41,696 nucleotides of DNA from a virus (IMGVR_UViG_3300044856_000069:1-41696); one strand, 5' to 3'. Shown: positions 6,897 to 13,695, counted from the stretch's first letter. Numbers and translations are program-made. The notes: generated by a model not told the origin, from the sequence alone.

Positions 6897-8858
6897 TTAT
6901 GCCTCCTCAATTTTCAATTCTTTAATGTTTTCCTGTGCCTTGAGCAGCACCAACTGACTTTTTACTTCCGGTGTAAAGGTGATGCTTTCAGCGCCGTCTA
7001 CCCACACCGGATTCAAGATCTGCAGCTTCTCCTGCAGGGTCCCCACGATAATCATGCCGGCACGAATTTTCTCTCCCTGGGACAAATCCCGGTACCCGAC
7101 GCCGTGCATCGTAAGCTCGCAGGTTTCAACAATATCGTCATTCGTTACATTCTGCTGGAAAAGCCGCCATTCCAGCCCCGGGAAAAACGTGTTAACTTTG
7201 TCGGTCAGCATACGGCACTTGGCAATGACAAACTGTGTCACCAGCCGCAGCCGCTCCGAAGCAGCATCCGCGTTCTCCCGCTGTGTCTGCAGGTCGTTCC
7301 TCAGTGCGGTCACCTCCTGCAGCGTCCGCAGATTTGCCTGCATCTCGCCCAGCTTCGCCTGCAGCCGGCTGCGGATATTGCGCGCCTCTTCCACGTTCCT
7401 CTGCAACGGCGCCAGGTCAGGCTGTGTGCCACCATTCAGGTCTGCCAGCTCTCGCGCCAGCATATCCCGCCGGGAACGGTCGTCCCGGAACTCCGGCACG
7501 TCCTCCAGCTGCGGCAACGCACTCAGCGCCTCCTGCTCCTCTTTATGGATTCCATCAAGCGACTTCTGAATTTCGTCCTTTTTATTTTCGTCAGCCTCTA
7601 CCGCTTGCACCAGGGCGTCGCGCTCCTTCCCCAGCTCAACCAACCGGGCCGCTACCTGCTTTCCTTTGGCCACTATCGCCTCCAGGTTCCCGCTCTTTTC
7701 TGTATTGAAATGTGACCGCAGCTCCTCAACCTTGTCTGCAGGCAATGCCTGATGGCAAAAGGGGCACTCTGTCGCAGTAAACTGCCGTGCATATTCGGCA
7801 TCGTACTCTTTGTACAGCTCCTCCTTCTGGACTTCCGCAGCAGCGATCCGGTCGGCCTGCACGGCAATCTGTGCACGCTTTCTAATTATCGCCTCGTCTG
7901 CAGAGCGGATGTCTCCCTGTAGAACGATAGCCCGGGCCCGGAACCCGTCTTTGATTGCTGTGATTTTGTTATGCCGGCGTTGCTCCCAGGCTCCCAGTTT
8001 CAGCCGCAGCGCTTCCATTTCATTCTGGACCTGTACCGCACGCCCGCCGGACTTGGCATTTGCAAGCGCGGATTCGGCCTGTGTGACGAATTCTTCCTGC
8101 GCCTGGACCATTTCCTCCTGCTTGGCAATTTGCGCCGCCAGATCGGATTCTGTGACGTTCCCGGCCAGCTTCATAGTCTGATCAATCCGTACCACGCCCT
8201 CTTTTATTGCTTTGTTGGCCAGCTTCAGCTGGGCCGCAGACATGGACCGGATGCCCTCAAGGTCGTGTTTATCCAGCATAACCTCCAAGGGTTTTAATTC
8301 CGGATGGGCTGCGATCACCGCCGCATCATCTACGCCGCCGGCAATCTGCAGTAACAACGCCCGCTGCTGTTGCCAGGGAAGCCCCGGAAAATACGCCGGG
8401 TCACTGGTCAGCTTCATACGGTCAGGATCTATGTTCTCCTTCACCCAGGCATCATACCGAGCTGCCGGTACCGGCTCATCGTTGATAAAGTATTTCGTAG
8501 TATTGCCCTTGAAAATTTTATCGCCGGAGTTTTTGTCTGCGGAATACACCTCGCAGAAAACCCGCCGCAGTGTGTGGGCCTCTCCGTCATCGTCCACCAG
8601 CCTGCCGGTGACAGCCACCTCAACCTGCCGCAGCAACTCCCCGTCGGCCTGCCGGGGCCGGATGGTAGCTTCACCCTTCTGTCCGGTACCACAGACACGC
8701 CCCTGGCCATCTTTGCCGGTCAGCAGCCAGCAGAACGCGTCAAACACGCTGGTCTTCCCGGTTCCATTGGCGCCGGAGATGATCGTAATATTGCCAAAAT
8801 TTACCGTCAGATCTTGGTGCCCTTTAAAATTCTGCAGAGCCAGAGATAACAACCTCAT
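6897..8858 (-). CDS. Rad50/SbcC-like SMC-type ATPase with zinc hook, 653 aa
   Basis: Walker A GANGTGKT, a long coiled coil with a central CPFC hook, the signature LSQGEK, and Walker B VWVDGAES. ATG at 8858 with GGAGGAG upstream and an ATGA overlap with the upstream gene. Confidence 0.75.
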   Translation of the reverse strand: MRLLSLALQNFKGHQDLTVNFGNITIISGANGTGKTSVFDAFCWLLTGKDGQGRVCGTGQKGEATIRPRQADGELLRQVEVAVTGRLVDDDGEAHTLRRVFCEVYSADKNSGDKIFKGNTTKYFINDEPVPAARYDAWVKENIDPDRMKLTSDPAYFPGLPWQQQRALLLQIAGGVDDAAVIAAHPELKPLEVMLDKHDLEGIRSMSAAQLKLANKAIKEGVVRIDQTMKLAGNVTESDLAAQIAKQEEMVQAQEEFVTQAESALANAKSGGRAVQVQNEMEALRLKLGAWEQRRHNKITAIKDGFRARAIVLQGDIRSADEAIIRKRAQIAVQADRIAAAEVQKEELYKEYDAEYARQFTATECPFCHQALPADKVEELRSHFNTEKSGNLEAIVAKGKQVAARLVELGKERDALVQAVEADENKKDEIQKSLDGIHKEEQEALSALPQLEDVPEFRDDRSRRDMLARELADLNGGTQPDLAPLQRNVEEARNIRSRLQAKLGEMQANLRTLQEVTALRNDLQTQRENADAASERLRLVTQFVIAKCRMLTDKVNTFFPGLEWRLFQQNVTNDDIVETCELTMHGVGYRDLSQGEKIRAGMIIVGTLQEKLQILNPVWVDGAESITFTPEVKSQLVLLKAQENIKELKIEEA

Positions 8859-9217
8859 GCGAACTCCTCCCCTCGTGCGTAGGCAAATGCCTCGTCCCAT
8901 CCAGTGCCGACCAGCATCTCATCGGCAGTCTTGACATCTTTGCAGATTTCACGCGCCAAAATAAACTCAGATACGCATCCAACGCTTTCCTGCCAGTTTC
9001 CACACATCACGATGCCGTCGCAGCGCCGGAGCAGCTCCAGGCAATAATCCAGCCCCTGGATGTAGTCTGTTTTGCTATACGGACACCGGATCGCGTGCAC
9101 CGGGCTGACGAAACAAATATCCGGATACTCGGTCTGCAGAGCCCGCACTACCTCGTCCGCCTTGGCCTCGTTTTTCCGCTTACCCCCGTAGGGATGTGAC
9201 ACATAGTATATTTTCAT
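8855..9217 (-). CDS. Nucleoside 2-deoxyribosyltransferase-like fold protein (DUF1937/DUF4406-like), 120 aa
   Basis: MKIYYVSHPYGG...FVSPVH...LLRRCDGIVMCGNWQESVGCVSEFILA matches the pattern I recall for these families. GGAGG lies 8 nt upstream of ATG 9217. Confidence 0.5.
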   Translation of the reverse strand: MKIYYVSHPYGGKRKNEAKADEVVRALQTEYPDICFVSPVHAIRCPYSKTDYIQGLDYCLELLRRCDGIVMCGNWQESVGCVSEFILAREICKDVKTADEMLVGTGWDEAFAYARGEEFA

Positions 9218-9287
9218 TCCAATATCCTCCATGAACGCGGGCCGCCAGTGATAGAGCACCTCACCCCTTCTGCGTCTGCGCCTGTGG

Positions 9288-9317
9288 TTGACGGTCCGTC
9301 GGCCCGCGTGGTATAAT
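9288..9317 (+). promoter_or_regulatory. Strong plus-strand promoter TTGACG-18-TGgTATAAT inside a minus-strand gene block
   Basis: -35 at 9288..9293, extended -10 TG at 9309..9310, and TATAAT at 9312..9317. Confidence 0.6.
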
Positions 9318-9323
9318 TAACAA

Positions 9324-9391
9324 ATCTGAAAAATTTATCGTCGCTTTTGTATTCGCCGCCGCTGATGCTGCAACATCAGCGGTATTTTTTT
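9324..9391 (+). ncRNA. Candidate ~68-nt antisense small RNA (promoter + intrinsic terminator, no ORF)
   Basis: Bounded by the 9288..9317 promoter and the 9359..9391 terminator. Complementary to the 3' end of 9376..9582 and to the downstream intercistronic region of the early mRNA. Confidence 0.45.
9359..9391 (+). terminator. Plus-strand intrinsic terminator
   Basis: Perfect 9-bp stem CCGCTGATG-ctgcaa-CATCAGCGG followed by TATTTTTTT. There is no U-run in the minus-strand sense. Confidence 0.65.
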
Positions 9392-9582
9392 ATGAAATCA
9401 TCCAGCTTCCGAAACCAAATATGCACATATCCGCACTTCTCACAATGTTGCATGGTCTTGAAAAGTTCTATAAATTCTTCTTCCTTGTACTTTCCCATTA
9501 GGTTGCGTTTTCCACAACGAGGGCAAGTCCACGATTTCGGCAGACTTTTATTCACCAAAATGGTTTCGTCAATGTTTCTCAT
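9376..9582 (-). CDS. Zinc-ribbon protein, 68 aa
   Basis: Two CxxC pairs (CPRC...CEKC). Lies in an AT-rich segment. Confidence 0.6.
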   Translation of the reverse strand: MRNIDETILVNKSLPKSWTCPRCGKRNLMGKYKEEEFIELFKTMQHCEKCGYVHIWFRKLDDFIKKYR

Positions 9583-9591
9583 TCTGCCACC

Positions 9592-9957
9592 TCACCCCAA
9601 TATTTTCATAACCAAATCCGCTTTAACACCTGCTTTTTGTTCTAATAAATCTGCAAGATATGGAACGCCAAAACGCTTTGCCAACCATGTGCGATATTCT
9701 GCTTGGTCATTCCAATCACCACCTGATGCTTCCCAATCTGTATAGTCAAAGTCTTTAAAAGTGTACGATGTTGGGATATAGCAATTTTTCTTTCCATCTT
9801 CCCAATTTTCATAAAAACTGCACTCGACTTCTGTTTCATCGGTAACCTCGTTAATGCCTTTGCTGATTACGCATCTTTTAAGACTATCTTCACAGATAAC
9901 ATCATGGTGTAATTGCCATATTTCTTTTTTTGTAAGCTTGTGAAGCCATCTGTTCAT
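9592..9957 (-). CDS. Hypothetical acidic Trp-rich protein, 121 aa
   Basis: ORF with GGAGGTGG upstream of ATG 9957. AT-rich composition unlike the flanking DNA. No motif recognised. Confidence 0.55.
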   Translation of the reverse strand: MNRWLHKLTKKEIWQLHHDVICEDSLKRCVISKGINEVTDETEVECSFYENWEDGKKNCYIPTSYTFKDFDYTDWEASGGDWNDQAEYRTWLAKRFGVPYLADLLEQKAGVKADLVMKILG

Positions 9958-10003
9958 GCTGCCACCTCCTTTTCATCTTTGACGCTTATGGGCTTTTTGC
10001 CCG

Positions 10004-10267
10004 TCATCTATCTGCCTGACATGGCACGATAATCCGCGTCCCCGGCTGGACAAGTCCTGCATTGATAGTAGGATTAAGTTGCCGGGTGTAATACATCACC
10101 TCGTCGACAGGACGAGTGTCGCCGGTTTCTGCCATTGCCGATTCAACGGCTCCCCATACGGTGCCGCCTGCCGGAATGTACCGGACGACGTGGACGGTTG
10201 CCGTTTCCGCTGGACAAACCGCCATAGCCAGCATTGCAATGATTGCCAGTGCAATAATGCTTTTCAT
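10004..10267 (-). CDS. Secreted LysM-like protein, 87 aa
   Basis: Signal peptide MKSIIALAIIAMLAMAV. LysM-like YIPAGGTVWGAVE...QLNPTINAGLVQPGTRIIVP. Confidence 0.5.
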   Translation of the reverse strand: MKSIIALAIIAMLAMAVCPAETATVHVVRYIPAGGTVWGAVESAMAETGDTRPVDEVMYYTRQLNPTINAGLVQPGTRIIVPCQADR

Positions 10268-10321
10268 CGTTGCCGCCTCCTTACACGTTCAGCTGCACAC
10301 CGCAGTCATATCTCGTCGGCC

Positions 10322-10519
10322 TCATGTCTGCGCCATCCTCTCTGCAATGTATTTTTCGATCGCCGCGGCCGGGATCAGCTTCCGGTTGTTCCGGATAATA
10401 AAGCCGATATGCCCGTCAGCAATCTCCGCCTTCAAAAAATTGATGCTGCAACATAGCAGCTGGCACGCCTCCCCGGGCGGGTACAACATCCGCCGCGGAA
10501 TTTCCTTTGCCTTTTTCAT
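10322..10519 (-). CDS. Excisionase-family (MerR/AlpA-like) HTH protein, 65 aa
   Basis: MLYPPGEACQLLCCSINFLKAEIADGHIGFIIRNNRKLIPAAAIEKYI fits the excisionase-type HTH pattern. Second gene of the early operon. Confidence 0.5.
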   Translation of the reverse strand: MKKAKEIPRRMLYPPGEACQLLCCSINFLKAEIADGHIGFIIRNNRKLIPAAAIEKYIAERMAQT

Positions 10520-10544
10520 GGGCCTCCTCCTTTCGTTCAGTTTT

Positions 10545-10757
10545 CTAAACTTTTAGGGTAAAAAAATAAACGCAGACCATATCTATCGGTTCATGAAACA
10601 ACTCAACCGTTCGTTGCATCTCCGCTTGCTTCCATTCCGTGGATCCATTCAATCGGGAATACAGCACAGATCGGTTCATTCCAAGAGCCTCTGCAAATGC
10701 GTCCTGCGTTCCAAAGATTTCTTTAATTTTACCCAACAACTTGTTATACGAATACAC
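10545..10757 (-). CDS. Cro-like XRE-family HTH regulator, 70 aa
   Basis: GTG start with AGGAGGG 6 nt upstream. HTH FAEALGMNRSVLYSRLNG. Divergent from the repressor gene. Confidence 0.7.
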   Translation of the reverse strand: MYSYNKLLGKIKEIFGTQDAFAEALGMNRSVLYSRLNGSTEWKQAEMQRTVELFHEPIDMVCVYFFTLKV

Positions 10758-10773
10758 TTATAGCCCTCCTTTC

Positions 10774-10789
10774 GTTCAGGTTTCTGAAC
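10774..10789. promoter_or_regulatory. Operator palindrome GTTCAG-gttt-CTGAAC at the start site of the cro-like promoter
   Basis: Perfect 6-4-6 inverted repeat. A degenerate copy, GTTCAG-tttt-CTAAAC, lies at 10535..10550, and a CTAAAC half-site at 10839..10844. Confidence 0.5.
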
Positions 10790-10791
10790 TC

Positions 10792-10820
10792 ATGATAACA
10801 TACGCTGTAAAATAACGCAA
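10792..10820 (-). promoter_or_regulatory. Early lytic promoter (TTGCGT-17-TGtTATCAT)
   Basis: Minus strand: -35 at 10820..10815 and -10 at 10797..10792 with an upstream TG. Confidence 0.55.
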
Positions 10821-10871
10821 GGTTGATTTTCCATATTTCTAAACTTTTTTTACATTTTGCACGTTTTTTTG

Positions 10872-10900
10872 TTGCGTTTTCTGTACAAAGATGGTATATT
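10872..10900 (+). promoter_or_regulatory. Repressor promoter (TTGCGT-17-TGgTATATT)
   Basis: -35 at 10872..10877 and -10 at 10895..10900 with TG at 10892..10893. Positioned back-to-back with the lytic promoter. Confidence 0.55.
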
Positions 10901-10921
10901 GTCACCAAGGAGGATTTGATC

Positions 10922-11293
10922 ATGACCAACAATATATTCGCTACACGGATGCGGCAGGCAATGAATGAAAAAAATGTAACAGCCGCAGAGTTGGTCCGGA
11001 TGACTGGCATCGGAAAGTCAGCTATTAGCTCGTACCTTTCCGGACGTTACCTGCCAAAACAGAATAATACATTTTACATAGCCAGAGCACTTGAAGTGTC
11101 CCCCGCATGGTTAATGGGCGGAAGCATTAAAGAGCCGCCAACTCAACTCCCTGTGCTCACAACTGCTGATCAGGCGCTCCTGGATGATTTCCATAAACTT
11201 AATGATACGGGTCGCGCGATTGCGCTCGGAGCGGTAAAAAGTCTCACGTTGAACCCTGAATATATTGAAAAGGAAAAAGCCACATCCGCGTAG
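10922..11293 (+). CDS. cI-like prophage repressor, XRE-family HTH, 123 aa (no S24 peptidase domain)
   Basis: ATG at 10922 after AAGGAGG. HTH NVTAAELVRMTGIGKSAISSYLSGRYLPK...ARALEVSPAWLMGG. Confidence 0.75.
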   Translation: MTNNIFATRMRQAMNEKNVTAAELVRMTGIGKSAISSYLSGRYLPKQNNTFYIARALEVSPAWLMGGSIKEPPTQLPVLTTADQALLDDFHKLNDTGRAIALGAVKSLTLNPEYIEKEKATSA

Positions 11294-11308
11294 TGGCGAG
11301 GAACCGAC

Positions 11309-11824
11309 ATGTTAAAACGACTTTATAAAAAGTTAATTTCCTTAGTTGGCAGTAAGTCACAATCAAATCCGCTACCAAACCCCAAGACATGGCGAGAAGC
11401 ATTCGAGCAGGCACATGGGCAGCAAGCACGAGAAAGTGATGCACTTCTCCGAAAAGAAGCCAAACGCCTCACTGGATCGGAAAATTACAATACTTTTACT
11501 TTCAGTAAAGCCAGAGTCAGAGAAGCAGGAATCCATTGGTATATATGGGAAACATGTCAGGACTCCAGGGTAAGGCCAAGCCACAAAAACCTGCAAGGGG
11601 TAATTGTAAATTATAACGAAGCTCCCAACGCAGAACTGCTAATCGGAAACGGCCCCGGAACAAAACGCCATGCCGGAACTGCAAAAGGATGTAGATGCTA
11701 TGCCGCTCCGCTGATTATGGCCAGCGATGTGCATTGGCCTGCACGCGTTCATTACCAAGGCAAAATCAGAGTTATGACATTGTCAGAATTTAAAAAGATT
11801 TGCAAAGATAACATTTTTTACTAA
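11309..11824 (+). CDS. Stand-alone MuF/SPP1-gp7-type domain protein, paralogue of the virion minor head protein, 171 aa
   Basis: WYIWETCQDSRVRPSHKNLQGVIV...GCRCYAAPLI...WPARVHYQGKIRVMTLSEFKKI aligns with WYVWRSEEDSRVRDSHRLMDGVLI...NCRCYPEPLI...WPHKVYYGGRIQMMTLAQFKAI of ORF 34258..35106. Starts 16 nt after the repressor stop codon. Confidence 0.75.
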   Translation: MLKRLYKKLISLVGSKSQSNPLPNPKTWREAFEQAHGQQARESDALLRKEAKRLTGSENYNTFTFSKARVREAGIHWYIWETCQDSRVRPSHKNLQGVIVNYNEAPNAELLIGNGPGTKRHAGTAKGCRCYAAPLIMASDVHWPARVHYQGKIRVMTLSEFKKICKDNIFY

Positions 11825-12062
11825 CAACCATCCATGATTGGTTTTTTGTTCTTAACTCGCCAATTTTGTCGAGTCTTTCGAGTAACACCCATCAACCACA
11901 CGCAAACCCGCATGGTTGACGCACGGCCATCACTTCTAAATTTTACTCAAAAAGCAGGCTCTGAAAGCCGCATGGATACTGACCTCAAAAAAACAAACCC
12001 GCACCACGACTGATGGCCGACACCTTAAAAATCGTTTGAAAATCAAACGATCTACTCAATAC

Positions 12063-12102
12063 AAAAAAAATGACCGTCCGGTGCTGGCACACCGGACGGT
12101 CA
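12063..12102 (-). terminator. Strong minus-strand intrinsic terminator upstream of int
   Basis: Perfect 13-bp stem TGACCGTCCGGTG-n6-CACCGGACGGTCA, followed on the minus strand by U8. Confidence 0.75.
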
Positions 12103-12152
12103 TGCAGACTACGCATTTTAAGTTTAACGAAAGACAAAAAGGAGTTGCCTGC
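12063..12152 (-). ncRNA. Candidate ~90-nt small RNA divergent from int
   Basis: Bounded by the extended -10 promoter (12159..12187) and the 12063..12102 terminator. No RBS-preceded ORF is present. Confidence 0.4.
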
Positions 12153-12158
12153 CTTTTT

Positions 12159-12187
12159 ATTATACCATAGGCAGGCGCTCCGGAAAA
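12159..12187 (-). promoter_or_regulatory. Minus-strand extended -10 promoter (TTTTCC-17-TGgTATAAT)
   Basis: TATAAT at 12164..12159 and TGG at 12167..12165, with a weak -35 at 12187..12182. Overlaps the int leader. Confidence 0.45.
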
Positions 12188-12196
12188 GAGGTAAAC

Positions 12197-13387
12197 ATGT
12201 CAGTATTCAAAAACCCAAACGGCCTGTGGTACGCCAGGATCTCAACCGGCCAGAAAAACGAAAAAGGAAACTACACCTACGTCACCAGCAAACACGGCCG
12301 CAAAAGCCGCAGTGACGCCCTAATGGACGAAGCAGAGCTCCGTGTGTTCGTAGCCAGCAATAAGGCCGACACACTGACGCGGATCCGGAACCATGAGCTC
12401 CTGGACCGGTACATGGCCACCAAGGGCATCCGGAAAACAACAGCCAAAACTTACCGCAGCGCCGTGAACCACATCAAGCGCCTGCTGCCGGATATCCCCG
12501 CCCGGGATACCACCACCATGCACATGGAAGCCTACCGCCAGGCTGTGCTCCAGGAACCGGTGGCCACGTGTACCCACCGCACCCTCATCTCCCTGGTCAA
12601 GGCAGCCTTCACATGGGCCGCAGATAACGATATGATCATCAAGTCCCCGGCCCGGAACCTGAAGCTGCCGGAGCGGGCCGAACCCGCCGGTATGCATGTG
12701 CAGATAGATCTGCTGCAGGAAATTCTGCAGACTGCCAAAACCTACCGGTACAGCCAGCTGTACATCCCGCTGCTGTTGGCCGGGATGTGCGGGCTCCGGA
12801 TTTCAGAGATCTGCGGTCTGCAGGATAAGGATGTGACCGCGGATCACGTCCAGGTGCGGTACAATTTCCTGCGGGCCGACAGCGCACCGAGCCTGCAGCC
12901 ATTAAAGACCAAAGCAGCAGCTCGCGTGGTGCCCCTGATTCCCGCTGTGCGCCGCGAAATTAAAGAGTACAAGGCTTTTATCAAGTCATGCCGTAAAGCG
13001 GCCCTGCAGGCCCGTATGGAGGCCAAAAAGAACCCCTGTTTCTTAGACGGCGATGCGCCATGGGATGAAAGCGGATTCTTTTTTGTGTTCCCCAAAGATG
13101 GCCGGCCCCACGCCAAAGAATATGTGGAACGGCAATGGAAGCGGTTCAAGCAGTCCCCTGAGATGAAGCCGCTGATCAGCAAGCACCCGGAGCTGGCCGG
13201 GATGCGGCTCCATGACTTCCGGCACTCTTTCGGATCCAACCTGCGGTACGCCGGAGCGCCGATCGAGGACGTGACGGAAATCCTGGGCCACACAAACAGC
13301 AACTTCACCCGGACGACCTACGCGCTGCCGATGCAGGGCACCCATGAGCGCAGTATGGCGCGGTTTGCTAAGCTCTGTAAAAAATGA
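12197..13387 (+). CDS. int: Tyrosine integrase with N-terminal arm-binding (AP2-like) domain
   Basis: Catalytic region HDFRHSFGSNLRYAGAPIEDVTEILGHTNSNFTRTTYA. N-terminus NGLWYARIS...GNYTYV. AGAGG RBS. Confidence 0.9.
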   Translation: MSVFKNPNGLWYARISTGQKNEKGNYTYVTSKHGRKSRSDALMDEAELRVFVASNKADTLTRIRNHELLDRYMATKGIRKTTAKTYRSAVNHIKRLLPDIPARDTTTMHMEAYRQAVLQEPVATCTHRTLISLVKAAFTWAADNDMIIKSPARNLKLPERAEPAGMHVQIDLLQEILQTAKTYRYSQLYIPLLLAGMCGLRISEICGLQDKDVTADHVQVRYNFLRADSAPSLQPLKTKAAARVVPLIPAVRREIKEYKAFIKSCRKAALQARMEAKKNPCFLDGDAPWDESGFFFVFPKDGRPHAKEYVERQWKRFKQSPEMKPLISKHPELAGMRLHDFRHSFGSNLRYAGAPIEDVTEILGHTNSNFTRTTYALPMQGTHERSMARFAKLCKK

Positions 13388-13394
13388 TTAATTT

Positions 13395-13695
13395 TGTGAA
13401 TGAATTTCTGGTCTCTGTGACGAATTGATGAAAACTGCCAGGTATAAAGCCGGTAATCGAATTAGATAGAAATAGATAAAGAAAAACCCCGGAAGCCCCA
13501 ATTTATGCGGTCTCCGGGGATTTCTTTAGATAGAATTGAAAAGTCAAGCCTTATTCTTCCGTCTTGATAACCTTTATTTCAGGCAGGGAACGCCAGCCCA
13601 GACGGCGTGCGCATCGTGTCGTTTGGCAGGCGACGCCTGTGAATGAATTTGTGAAAAGTGAGGTTTAGATAGAATTAAATTGATTTAGATACATT
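13395..13695. other. Putative attP region: two families of arm-type repeats flanking a GC-rich core
   Basis: TGTGAATGAATTT at 13395 and 13638. TTAGATAGAA(T/A)T at 13462, 13526 and 13665, plus TTAGATACATT at 13685. GC-rich segment 13581..13637. Located just 3' of int, the usual attP position. Confidence 0.45.

Noticed and set aside
9347-9745. 132-aa plus-strand ORF
   Set aside because: It has a TTG start without an RBS and runs antisense through two well-supported minus-strand genes. A strong terminator lies only about 45 nt after its start. The interval is better explained as a short non-coding RNA.
11825-12196. tRNA gene or attP core upstream of int
   Set aside because: I found no cloverleaf-compatible sequence or T-arm (GGTTCGA-like) motif by eye here or in 13388..14380. 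The arm-type repeat families are downstream of int instead.
12070-12315. 81-aa plus-strand Lys/Arg-rich ORF
   Set aside because: It starts inside the terminator hairpin, has no RBS, and overlaps the int start out of frame.
13537-13550. Promoter-box copy in the attP region as a functional promoter
   Set aside because: The -35 TTGACT is present, but no acceptable -10 lies at 16-18 nt (GAAATC/AGAAAT). It is kept only as a possible protein-binding site.
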